DNA of 64,000 nt from Takakia lepidozioides (taxonomy: Eukaryota; Plantae; Bryophyta), in assembly GCA_030704615.1 (NCBI GenBank), contig CM060731.1, positions 54,064,001 to 54,128,000 of the forward strand, given 5' to 3'. Both the position numbers and the translations under genes were made by a program. Below the pieces are notes generated by a model that was not told where the DNA came from, ran no database searches, and was given only the letters and a program-made list of their open reading frames with translations. Numbering within the stretch: position 1 is the stretch's first letter; the number at the start of each line of letters is the position of its first letter. Shown here piece by piece: positions 23,350 to 35,368 of the stretch.

Positions 23350-26300
23350 ATGGGGAAGAAGAAGAAGAAATCGTACAAGGTGTGGTGCTTCTACTGTGAA
23401 CGAGAGTTTGAGGACGAGAAGATTTTGATACAGCATCAAAAAGCCAAGCATTTCAAGTGCCATGTGTGCCACAAGAAGCTTTCCACTGCTGGTGGCATGG
23501 TGATACACGTACTGCAAGTCCATAAAGAATCCATTACCAAGTAGGTATCTCTCTCCTGTCGTGACAGCTTTCCCCCTTTCATCTGGTGGTATATCTCCGA
23601 CGTACAGTGGGAGAACTTTGTTCATATGTCCGTCGCTGTAGACTCCCCCCCCAACTCTCTCTATTTCTCAACTTGTTTCAGAGTCCACTCTTTGGTGTTT
23701 TGATTCACTGTAAACGCAGACACGGTTTGTCCACTTTCCAATTTCTCTCCTTCTCTTTCGCTCTGCTTCACTCCCCTTACTCTCTGATTCTCTATTTCTC
23801 TCTCAGTTGTCCCTGTTTTCTCCGACTGCACAAAGCTTTCATTTAAGTGATTTGTCTCTAAATCCGTTTTCCCTAAGTCTCCTTGTCGACCCCTCTTCTC
23901 CCCACCTGCTACGAGCTCATTCTGCTTGTTCCTAGGAGTACGCAGAGCTAAGTTGTATGCCTTTTCACTTTCAGGCATGTGTGCAAATGTCTATCACGAA
24001 GTCTATCTTTTAAGGCCTACATGTCTTTTTCCTTGAATAATCTATGTCTAGCTTCTGTACCCGGTCTAGTTGATGTGGTGCATGGCTTTATGTAATAAAG
24101 TGGCATGCACTTAATATCATGTATATGTGTTTTCATCTGCGACCTTGCCCTTTGCCTTCTTTTCGCCTCTGTAACACGTAATCTTTTTCTATGTCTCTTG
24201 GAGTGCACCCTCTTGGTGCACACTCTTACTTCCTCCTCCCCAAGTGTTTTGTCTCTCTTTCGTCTTAGTAATGTCCGTTTTGTTTCTTTCCCACTATTTT
24301 AAATCACAGCTTCAATCTTCTTCCTCAGCTCTATCATTTGCTAGCCTCTCTCTTAACTAGTCCATTTCTTGTCAGGACGAAAATCTGTGTGTTTGCCATT
24401 GCGTTAATTTTCAAGTGTTTTGTCTGAATCCATCGTCTGCAGATTTTTGTCTGTTGTATATTGGCTGGTTGAATGTTGCATATCATGACAGATTTTTTGT
24501 TATTTTGTTGCAGAGTGCCAAATGCAAAACCTGAAAGGGAGTCGACAGAGCTAGAAATATTTGGTATGGAGGGAATCCCTCTTGAGATCCTCGTAGCTCA
24601 CGATGGGGATGGTGGGTTCGATGGTACGATCTTTTCTCATGTCTGTGTTACTGTTTCCCGCATGTATGCAATCAGGTGTGTCTTCAGATGGTTGTGATTA
24701 ACGTTGTATATTACTATCTCGCTTTCAGAAAGTTATTGCAACTGTAAACACATGGCTTGTACTTACTGAGGTGGTAATTTAGTCGCAGTAGGTGACTCCA
24801 TCACAAATTCCTTGAGGAATGGTAGACCTTTTGGTGCACCAAAATCATGCTTCTTCTATCCATGTAACTCTCTTCATACCATTTAAAAGGTGTTTCATTT
24901 GCTCAAAGTTCTTGTTTCCTGGTAAAAGGTGAAAATTAGGGAGTCACGCACTTCCGCAATTAATTCTCTCAGAAGAATGAGCTCCCGTTCAAAAACTTTG
25001 ACTAGTGGAAGTGTGAGTCCCAAAGAAGCACATTATGAAACTTCTTGAAGTTGAACTGAATTTAACCCTTCTATTTTCCATCGTTTGTTATATAGAAAGA
25101 GAGTGCCCTCCTTTCAGTCATTTTGATGACAGGAGTAAGGGTTTGCTTTTATGCTTTTGAATGAACCTTCCTCGATGTTGTGTGGCGGGGTGAAATAGTA
25201 AGAGCCCGGCATACCTGGTATCATGTTGGACACAGAATCTGGCTGTGTTTATGGATTATTCAACATCAGAGCGAAGTTTCTAAGTGCCTGTACAACTTGC
25301 ATAGATCTGTGCAATAAGATATTGGTTTTTAATGTCCACTGGGAGCCTCGGCTCACGCAGACGATGAAAACCCTGCAAAGGTTGCAAAGTTGGAGATCCC
25401 CCCCTCATCACCATTTATGGGGTTAGTCATGAGGTCAAATGCTTTGGGTATGGCCCCCCAACCGCTCTATGCTGCAATACCATATGTGTAAGTCTCCTCT
25501 CTTAACCCTTACACTGCGGTGTGTCTGTGCCTACCAGGTGTTGGATACTTGCTTTCGCTCAAGGTGCGTAGGACATTTCTTTGGACACTGCTAGGCTTGT
25601 TTGTCCGTGTCTCCCGCTCTCTTGGTGGTTCTATTCTTGTTGTTAATGTTCATACTGTCTTCATGGAAGAGGGTTTGGCAGTCGCTTTGTGTACATAAGG
25701 GAAATAGAGGTAAATAGGGGGCATGAGCACTTTTTGTGAGAAGTCTGTTAGAAATGGAAGTTGGAGAGATTGGGATCTCTGCAGACTTTCATCATGGAAG
25801 CACAAAATCATTGTAGTAGATGTCTTAAAATAGGAAGTTCCTTGGAAAGCATGAGGACATAAACCATAGGAGGGACAATGAAGGTAGAGAGCCAAGATGT
25901 GGTATGTGAGTCAAGTATCCTCAACGAAGCAATGGTACACACACTGCACATCTGAGTCCATCAAATAGAAGTTTTATATGCAGAGTCCACCCTCAAAAGA
26001 GCTTTAATATTCCTGTGGGGAGGGGGCTCTTCTGATGCTGGCTCGGGCCAGCGTGTTCTCTCTCGGATTCGAGTAAATATAGAATTGTGAAACTGTGCAT
26101 ATCAGAGATATAAAACTGGTAGATCTTAAATCAATTGTGGTCTTACGTTTCAAGTTGGTATGGAGAAGATCACTGGGAGAACAAGAAAATTGACTCCTTT
26201 TGCACAATCATTTGTTCACCCCAGTGAAACCTACAAAATGGTGGGCATTGACTGGTAGTCCGGTTTTGTCTAATTTTCTAAGGTATCAATGTTCATCTGC

Positions 26301-28474
26301 AAATTTCTACCACACTTCACAATTTGTTTGTTTGTGTCTGCAGGTACATAAATCCAGGATCTGGCATCCCTCGACCACCTAATACCTGGAATTCACAACC
26401 CCCACCGTTGCAAGGATGGACTACAACAGCGCCAATGTCTGGACACCCAGTGTTGAGAGCCCCTCAGCCCCCTCCTCCCCCTCAGCCTCTCTTCCCAATC
26501 CAGGGTCAAGGTCTCCCCAACTCTGGTGCATCAGCTCAGCGGCCATCACAGCAGCCTCTGTTCCCTATTCAGCCTCCTCTTCCTCCTGGCTCAACACCCA
26601 CAACAACCCCTTCTTTGCAAACCTTGTTCCCTTTGAGTTGCAGCGTACCACAGAGTGGGCTGCCAACCTCTCTATCAGCAGTCTCACAAGGCACTGCTGG
26701 CTCTCCAGCAAGCGTTCTCCCAGTTCAAAGTTCCATTGGATTACAGTCTATTAACGGGACAAGGACCTTAGCAACCCTCTTGCCTGGACAACCTCCAACT
26801 ATTCCACAGTTGCCAATGATGAATGCTCACTCTCCCCCTCTTCCTTTCAGAGGTAGGTCTCAACTACTTTCTAAAGTTGTTTTGTTTATATTATCTGCCT
26901 AGACTTCCAGACTGCACTTGAATGGAAGTGCATGATTAACAATTACCTTCCTTGTTATTCACGTGGCTTTGGTTAAGGTTGTGCATCTAAGTGTTTTGGG
27001 ATGTGCAGTGGTCAGCAGTCAGCCACCTCCTCCTCCAGGAAGCCATATGTATGCTTCGGGACCCAATACCGGGGGTCCATCCATTGGACCTCCACCAGTT
27101 ATCTCTAACAAACCACCAGCTCCTCCGGGGAGCACCACTGAGGTTTACTTGGTTTGGGACAACGAGGCCTTGTCTATGGTGGGTGGCCCTTCTCTTCTGT
27201 TTCACTGAAGTCTGTGCCCCAAGATATTGTGAGAATGATGTCAGGATCTCAATATCTAGGGGTGGGCAGAAATCTACGGATATGATGGTATAAACAGCTT
27301 GCATATTGTTGAACAAGCATTGTACAAGCTTTTGGAGGGAAGTGAGCATTGCTCTATTGTTCGCATTTGAACAAAACTAGCCAAAACTTCCTTTGGACAT
27401 GGTCATCACACTATGTTTGAATCACGTGTTTACTTCCATTCGATGATTTTCTGGCCTTTCGCATGCCTTCTGGTTCTTTATGATAATTGCATCCATGAAT
27501 TGGCAGTGATTTGCATACGGGTCGCTACTCCCAGGGGGTATCTGTTACTTGATGTAAAAGCGGGTGCATGAGCGAAGGTTTATTTTTGGGCAATGTGAGC
27601 AGATTTATGGTCGATGCACGAAGGACTAAACTTCTAGCTAATGTGTCTGTCTGCCTGGCTGTCAGTTTGGTACTCCTCTCACCCTGGGGAAGCCAGTTCC
27701 ATCTTCGATACATATGACCAGAAGGCTATCAGCAAGCTCAGTGCATCTCTCTCCCTCTCCCACACACATTGCCTTGTGTTCCTTCCAAACTGGGCATGAC
27801 GTCTCTGGTCACAAGGCTAGGGCATACAATGTCTTATGAGTACATTCTTACTCACTCTGAATTGGCTTTGCAGGAGGAGCGAAGGGTTTGTCTACCACAG
27901 TACCAGGTGCATGATGAGACGATGCAGGTATACACACAATGGCAAAGACAAAGTGGTCTTTCTCATTGCTACCTTGCCTTGTAGATCTCGTGGTTATTGT
28001 CTGTCATGTCTTCTGGACATCTACTACGTACATGTGCCATGATTGTTCTCAGGGTGTGTGATTAGGTTCAGACAGTCTGCCTCTCTCTCTCTCTCTCCGC
28101 CAAAACTGGGTGTGGAGTCTATGGCCACAAGGCTACAGCAAACGTCTTATGAGTACATTCTCTCTCTCTCTCTGAGGTTCTTGTAGACATTATGAACTGC
28201 AGAGCCACCACTAGGAGATGTTGTCGAGATGCTGTTTGACGTATTGTCCGGTCGCTGTTGACACCGTAGCTATGCTTCCCTGCCATAGCCAATGCAAATA
28301 GCACTGTGGCAAATTAGGGGTTGGAGCAGCAGGAATGAAGTTTGTGTATTCCAGCCTGATGTCTGTATCTCACAGTTGCAAGGGGATGGACTTCAGATGA
28401 ATTCTGTGAATGCCGCCATCGATAGGAGGATATTGGAGGGCAGACTGGCAGGGTGTATGGGATTTCAAGTCTGA
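23350..28474 (+). CDS. SUF4: C2H2 zinc-finger protein SUF4/ZNF207 (BuGZ) homologue, 7 exons
   Basis: Exons 23350-23540, 24514-24623, 25361-25487, 26344-26852, 27009-27178, 27874-27927 and 28397-28474. Translation: [41 protein letters not shown]; Pro-rich middle; [18 protein letters not shown]; [16 protein letters not shown]; [19 protein letters not shown]. Confidence 0.9.
27770..27847 (+). mobile_element. RTE-X-like LINE 3' end fragment (SUF4 intron 5)
   Basis: CAAACTGGGC...CACAAGGCTA...GTCTTATGAGTACATTC matches the terminus of the 37.6-42.7 kb element. Confidence 0.75.
28098..28159 (+). mobile_element. RTE-X-like LINE 3' end fragment inside a (CT)n tract (SUF4 intron 6)
   Basis: AAACTGGG...ATGGCCACAAGGCTACAGCAAACGTCTTATGAGTACATT, flanked on both sides by (CT)n. 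Confidence 0.85.
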
Positions 28475-30672
28475 GGGGTTGGGGTTTGGATATTACATTT
28501 AGTAGAAACCCTGTTGGTTCTTGAACCAGTGTTGATTTAGTGGATAGCTATTGAAGGGGAAGGTTCCCTTACACATTTGAAAGCTCTAATGTCTTCCTTT
28601 TTGGCTTCGAGGTTGATCACTAAAGGAATTGAAGGGCCCCACGCAGATTGCCCTCTTTTGATCTCATTCTTCCTCTTTTTCACTATGGTCTTCCTTCTGT
28701 TCCACTATGGTCTGTGGGGAGTGAGAGTATGACGGTTTCATTTTTCTGGGAGGGCCAGCATAGATTTTTCACCAGCTAAATGACCATGGGCTCAAATAGG
28801 AATAAATTCCATAACATAAGAACAATGTTTCGGGTGGTCTCATGAGATAGAGAAGCTTATTTCTTTGTATGGGCAACTCAGAAGGTTTTCTGTGGAGAAA
28901 CTGTTAAAGACCTTAAGTGATCAAATTGGTGAACTTTATTCTCAACAATGCAGATCGATTAGGAACACCATCAAGTTGTGTTGGTGAAAATAGATTTAGT
29001 GCAGTGTGGCTATGCTAAGGGCTAGTGTAGCCTGTGCTTGAAAGATGATATGGTCATTTCCCAAACATATGCTGTTTTGTCATGATCAAGTTGAAAATGT
29101 TTACGACGACTTATTTTCATCAAAAGTGGTGGTACTAGTCTGGAAAGGAAAGATTGACAATGGAGTCATGTGAAACTTTTGGATTTAGAGCACTTGGGCG
29201 CTTGGTCGCAATCTGATGATTAGGTAGAGACTTGTTGGGTGGAGCAGTGCTATTTGCAGATTCAAATCTGTATTGTCTTCCACTGAAGTGAGTATTAACC
29301 TGGACATTTTGGTCGCAGTTGCATACAAGGATTGTTTGATAGCACCCTTGGGTATTTCTCCTCCAGGGACCTAGTTTATCATAGTTTTTGGGCTAAGTCT
29401 CTATCGTCTGCAGTGTGCGAATTATCGCGTTCAGATGGATGGATGCATTTCAAGATGATTGTTCAGATGCATTCTTGGAAAATGACGATTTCACAGAGGG
29501 TAGATACTGAGATGATGAATAATTTACCTTGAATTCGCAAGTGAGTTTTGAAGCAATTGGCAGTTTGGGTATATACTGCATTTCAGTGTATAGTCCATAG
29601 TGGTAAATACTTGCACCACAATCATGTAGCGACTTCACAAACCGGTGAAGTTATCTGTTATGTTATGTGGTCTACATTCAAAATAGGCAACTTCCTGTGT
29701 GCGAATAATGCAGTAAAAAAAGTGGTTCAATCCTACCATAGTATATTTTTCTACTCAAGTGATTTTTTAGAGATAATTACATCCTTCGGTTTGTTACTAG
29801 AAGTATGTTACTTAGCATTTGTATTGGTTTGCAATTGCTGCTTCGTTATCGGGGAAGGATCGTTCTCGAGAAAGTAGATTATTTCAACCGTCTTCAAGCC
29901 ACGTTGTTCTACTGGGTTTTGTCTGTGAGAAATTTTGTTTGAGAAGTTATATGTCAACATCAACAACGACTTGCTGTTGCTACTTTTCTATCTGCAGGAA
30001 AGATCGATCTGCAGAAAGTCAAATTTTAGAGTGTTTGCGAACTTGCATTCCAGCATCCAGAAGAGTTTATATTTACTGCTTCAACTTGTGCAGGAAAGAA
30101 ACGTTCCGGGGTAAGTAATTGCATACAATCTACTTCTTCCGTGTACGGTACGTAAAGAATTTTCCTGCACTTTTGTAGAGATAGTTTCTTCGTTTTCTTT
30201 ATTTGAGGAAAGGATAAGTGGACAGCACTAGTTCACTCTAACCCGAATTTTTCCTACTGCGTACTCTCTGCAAGTAATTCTCCAAGACTGTTGTAGAGAG
30301 CAGTTGATATTTTACATGTTCAAGACCTTCACTCTTTTCAATCAACAAACAATTTACAGTTGCTTCTTCATTTTCTGTAGACAGCCATGGATGGAGCATA
30401 TGCCTCTTACATGAGAAAAAAGGAAGGGCAAATTGCACGATAGCAGACATGCGGGGCATAAAGCTCATGCAGACATTTTCTTGTATATCACAAATATCAT
30501 GTTATGGTTGTCAACACTCCCAAATTGCCTTTACAAAACTAAACACTGCACGGTACCGAGCCAGTTGACACAAACCCTTGGGTGTATTAGGATTAGAACG
30601 TCAAAAATCTTATTCGATTAAAAGAATCTGACCCTAGGCCGATACAGTTGTCACCTTAGCCGGCATCTACTT

Positions 30673-31589
30673 TCAAGGCTTGTGCACGATGAATCCTGCG
30701 CATTGCACCTGCCTAACGTTGTCGAATCCGAGCACGCGGATGTAGGCGTTGGGGTACTCCTTCTTGCACAACTCGATCTCATTCAACACCGATGAAGAAT
30801 CAGTGCACCCGAACATGGGCAGCTTCCACATGGTCCAGTAACGACCATCATAGTATCCTGGTGACCGGTTGTTGGTGCGGCTGATGAGCCCGTCCTGACC
30901 CAAACAAGACGGTGGCTGGTGTTAAACATAGTTCTGGGAAAGGATTAGTCGAATGAATCTAGGGCAACTGGAGGAAACCCACCCACATTAGGTGGAAAAT
31001 CGGTTTCACCGTTCGGAAGTCACTATGAACACGAGTGAAGCGTGGGCGACAAGTAAATCTTACCAAGTCAAACTCGAGGCAGGGGATCCACCCTTTGGCA
31101 ATCATGTAATCAATCTCCTTGGAGAGAGCCTCAGGGCTCAATGGTGGCAAGTAGGATAGGGTCTCGAACTTCAAGTTGCCCTCAGGCTTCCACACCTGCA
31201 CATATCATCCCCAGCCCCCTTAGTCGACATACACCAGCATTACTCAAAATGCAGTGACTGCTCCAACATCCACCCGACCTTCACCACCGCACCAGCGACA
31301 AGTCAAGCCCACCAAAAACGGCAGAAGAAAAGGCCACAACACCACCACCACAGGAAGGACCCAACATCAATCTACTACGAAAAAGGCCGCAGACCAGCAT
31401 GCATCCCAGGCGGCTTCCGTTCTGCACGGTCTTGGAGCTCAAATCCGCGCTCTTGCTAGAGAACACATTGGCGCCCTTGAGGCCGGTGAAGGCGCGGACG
31501 GTCGCAGTCTGTGAGGAAGAAGCGCTGGGGCTGGCAGCAGCGAAGGCCACTGGGGACACCACAGCGGAAGCTGATACCATGGAAGCCAT
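30673..31589 (-). CDS. RBCS: Rubisco small subunit precursor, 3 exons
   Basis: Exons 31589-31395 (transit peptide ...FTGLK...NGSRLGCML), 31195-31064 ([19 protein letters not shown]...WIPCLEFDL) and 30894-30673 ([18 protein letters not shown]...[10 protein letters not shown]). Confidence 0.96.
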
Positions 31590-31732
31590 CGCGTGCAGCA
31601 ACACGCAGCCCGATCAAATTCTGCGAGAGCGTGAAAGATGAGAAGACGAGAGAGGGAGTGAGAGGCCGGTTGGCAGCGCGCGGCGTAAATAGGCCGGCCT
31701 GCAGCCGACGACAGCCACAAAGCGGCCCAACA

Positions 31733-31743
31733 GATAAGATAAG
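31733..31743 (+). promoter_or_regulatory. Overlapping I-box (GATAAG) pair in the RbcS promoter
   Basis: GATAAGATAAG about 145 bp upstream of the RbcS ATG; I-boxes are standard light-responsive elements of rbcS promoters. Confidence 0.5.
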
Positions 31744-34700
31744 CCCCGCCTTCTCTTTAAGCAATTTGGAAAACAGCACGAGTGGCTACAGAGTCTCGCA
31801 CAAAATAGCCGTACATTCTGCCCATCCCCTCGCGTCCACCAACACTTTCGTCGGTCCACAACGTGCGTGAATACCGACTGAGATACTTACGTCCTCTCGG
31901 ACGACGACGTCCTTTCGGTTGGACGCGAGAGCTGTCATCCGAGAGATTTTCCATCCCCGTCGGGGATCTTTTCCTCTAAAAGGGCTGCTTTTCATCTATA
32001 CGTCTGGACTTTTCGTCCGCGATTCCTACTTTGAGGACTATATGTAGATTCCATGTGGATGATGATTTGCTGGTGTCTGTTCATCCATCTGCTGGTGTTT
32101 TTATCTCCGCGCAAAATGTGTGACTGCAATTATCCGGGATCCGTAGGCCACTTGTAGAATGCCGCGTGGAAATATCACGCGCCAGTTGCAGCCAATGGTA
32201 GCGCTGTGTCAGATTCGCCCCGAAAATGAACGCGACACCTGGCAGGGCAGGGCCACTTGCTCGCTATGAAAAGCAGCGCAGCGACGGCAATAGAATCAAC
32301 GGTCACTTCCTTTTCTTTTCTCACATTTTCGAACGTGTAGACAATTTTGCGGTAGAATCCGAACGTTACTATACATTCCGTTGCAATGCAAATGTGCAGA
32401 TGGAATGCGGCATTTAGAACCCCACGTTGCTACATTAACCATATTTGCTAGGACTGAACTTATTACAGAATGCATGTAGACTGGTGAGCTCTCCAGATCC
32501 ATGTCGAAGGCAAATGGCGGGTTAGCTGGGGGACTGTACCGCCTACAGTTTGTGTCTTCATGAATTGAATCGAGGTATGTGTTGCATCCACCACTTGACT
32601 GACAAGGTTCAGAATCAGATCTCTTCGAACTGGGAACACCCATTGCAAATCAATGCTAGTGATTGTTCCACTTTGCGTCCTCAAGGCGTGTGCAGATGTA
32701 GTCTTGAAGGAGCTCGTGGATACACATGGCCTCGTTTCCAACTTTGCAAGTATGGTCTTGGATAGAAATGGAAGTCAGGGAATGTTGTGAAATGGTAGTA
32801 GCTTCTCCATTTTTGGGACCCCGATATACGCTTATGTGGACCTATGGTGAATTTGGCGAAGAGAGTGAAGTCTGTCACTGGTAGACAGTATGGAAACATA
32901 TGGAAACATCCTGATAACATCTTCCCGAGAGTAGGGAAATGAGGGCACGGTTTTGTGACAACAACAAAAGCAGGTGTTGTTCCCCTACCAAACATGATCT
33001 TCCTTGTCAAATACCTTTCCATTGTGGCATACCCGAAGAGTATTCCTACAGCGACCAATTTGTGAGTTTTTGCCTGTTGTTACAGAGACGATCGAAAGCG
33101 CATATCATCATATCCCCTGCCGCTAGGTGTACCCTTGGGGTCATAGTGCCCATGCGAAACTAACCCTCCCTGAGCTGGGCATGCGAAATGTAAAACGAGA
33201 AGAGTGAATGAGCTGCTTCTTAGGGTCCACTATGCCCATGCTGGGAAATTAGAATTCAAGCTTGTTGTTGTCTTACTAACCATGCTGCTCTTCACAAAAG
33301 CTTAGCAGCACCTACTAGTCTTTGCATCGCCCACAGTAGGGCCAAGAACCTCTGTTTCAGCCAGCTCCAACCACAGCTTACTAATCTTCGTGGGAGATAA
33401 GCCATGCGGCAGAAAGAATCACCCCTTGCTTATCTTTGCCTCATCAGAAACTTCCATCGGCTTGGCAGCAGAATGCAGTATTCAGCTTATACCTTTGTCT
33501 CCTATGGCTTAGATGACCTCTAACATGCTCTGATGTGCCTGGAATCCCACATTCACCTAGCACGAGCTCTGTTTTGGAAGTGGGACTCGCGACCTGATAT
33601 TTTGAAGAAGGATTTCTTATAGAGAAGGAGAGAGCTTAATCTAGCCTGCATATTGTCAAATTTGGGAATAAATAGGAATCATGACAGCAGTGGGGTTGGC
33701 CTTGTTATCGATACTCCTTGTTGGACATTTCATCAGCAATAGCATGCTTTTGGCATGGCAAGCGGTTCTGTCATACTTTGTCATGACAAAGGCTTGTGTG
33801 TTCTTGACCACTTATGATCCATTTTGAGGTTCGAGAAAAATAGATTTGTGCGATGAGAGACACATTCCTGACAGCTTGGAGATCCCTTTCCATTTCCCAT
33901 TCTCTTGTTTGATGGTCTGAGTGACTTGAACTGGAAAACCCAAACCAATTCTCCTGGCCACTCAACCGGTGGCAACCCGGAAAGCATAAAGCTTTCAAAT
34001 CCTGTGCATTTGCTGAGCCAACTCCAGTGATCTCAGTTTTGAAAATAATTTATCACTAAACACGATCAATGGGTAGGGAGTTACATAGGCGAGCTAACTC
34101 CCTTACTCTTATATATGTCAAACCATTTGTGTCTTCCTAGAGTGATGCACAGAATCCACTGGTGAGAGAGTTTAATGCTTAGCCCGTGATTTGGATACTG
34201 TGACCTTGCAGCTGAATCCACACAGAACATAAACCACCTGGTTGGGTGACAAACTCAATGAAAGATGCCATACATCTCCCACACCAAAATGGCCTCCCAA
34301 ACAATATGCAGAGGCTTAGTATGTCACACTGGTTACAATTGCTGTGCTGAGAGGACCATCCCATCACCAAGTACCTGTTCTTACATTGGATCGCTGTGCA
34401 CCCACACTGTCCCAGACATCCATCCTCACAAAGGTACAACAACCAGAGAGCCCACAGCAAGAGCCACATACATGTATGCAAAGTCCGCCATTGGCTGGAA
34501 AAGAGTTATCTGTTGAATTGAGAAGGCAGGACAGAAAATGGTAGGCCTTTTCTTCTGTCTCTATTCCCTTTCCCCACCACTGGACCTGCTGAAAGAGTAT
34601 TTCCTTTCCTTGGGGAAGTTGCAGTCACCACATCAGTATGTCTCAGAATCTCAATTTTAAACCTTGCTGTCCAAAGGCTAAGAGTCCTCCTTGACAGATG

Positions 34701-34862
34701 CAACAAATGCTTCAAGCCAAAGCTAGTGCTGAAGAGCAACTGATCAAATTGTCCTACATAGAAGGAACTGATATTCGATGTTATTAGAAGGTGTCTACGG
34801 TACCTTCTCGTTGAAAGTTAGTAGACCTTGGGTCAATTGACACCATATATTCCGCTTGCTTC

Positions 34863-35008
34863 GGCAAGAGTCCATATATATGTATCAAGACCCTGCACTA
34901 AAATTAGTTAGGATTGACAATTATGAGAGAGAAAAGGCAAGAGTCCATATATATTTATCAAGACCCTACACTAAAATTAGTCAGGATCGACAAATGTGAG
35001 AGAGAAAA
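34863..35008 (+). repeat. Tandem duplication, 73-bp unit x2
   Basis: GGCAAGAGTCCATATATA...GAGAGAGAAAA starts at 34863 and again at 34936, with a few mismatches. Confidence 0.85.
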
Positions 35009-35368
35009 GACCGCCCAAGATAGGTGGATCTATGACAAAGATCATCAGTAGGAATGGGAGCAATAGATGGGAAGGTGCTGGTCAAAATCCTAACAAGTTG
35101 AAGCCTTAGGAGGTAGCTACATAGTTGAGACAACAAAAATATATATTAAAAAACTTATGAGCTCTATCAGGCCATCACATCCAAACAACCTAGCCAAGAA
35201 GAAACCCACCATGAACCCAGTGTACAATATTGTCGTGGTAAGGCACTAGTGCGGTATACATTGGCATGCATAAGCAAAACCCAGCCATGGCAAGTCACTG
35301 GATACAAATCCTCATTTGTGTACCCCCAGTCATGCTAAACATGTAATCATCTGTCTTGGGCAGACAAA

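Noticed and set aside
30600-30700. C-terminally extended (condensate-forming) RbcS or stop read-through
   Set aside because: The protein ends at the usual position (HKP*), and a second in-frame stop follows two codons later.
32400-34550. Short ORFs between RbcS and CDC48B (possible decayed kelch gene or miRNA hairpin near 33140-33240)
   Set aside because: No consistent reading frame, domain motif, recognisable conserved miRNA or long hairpin.
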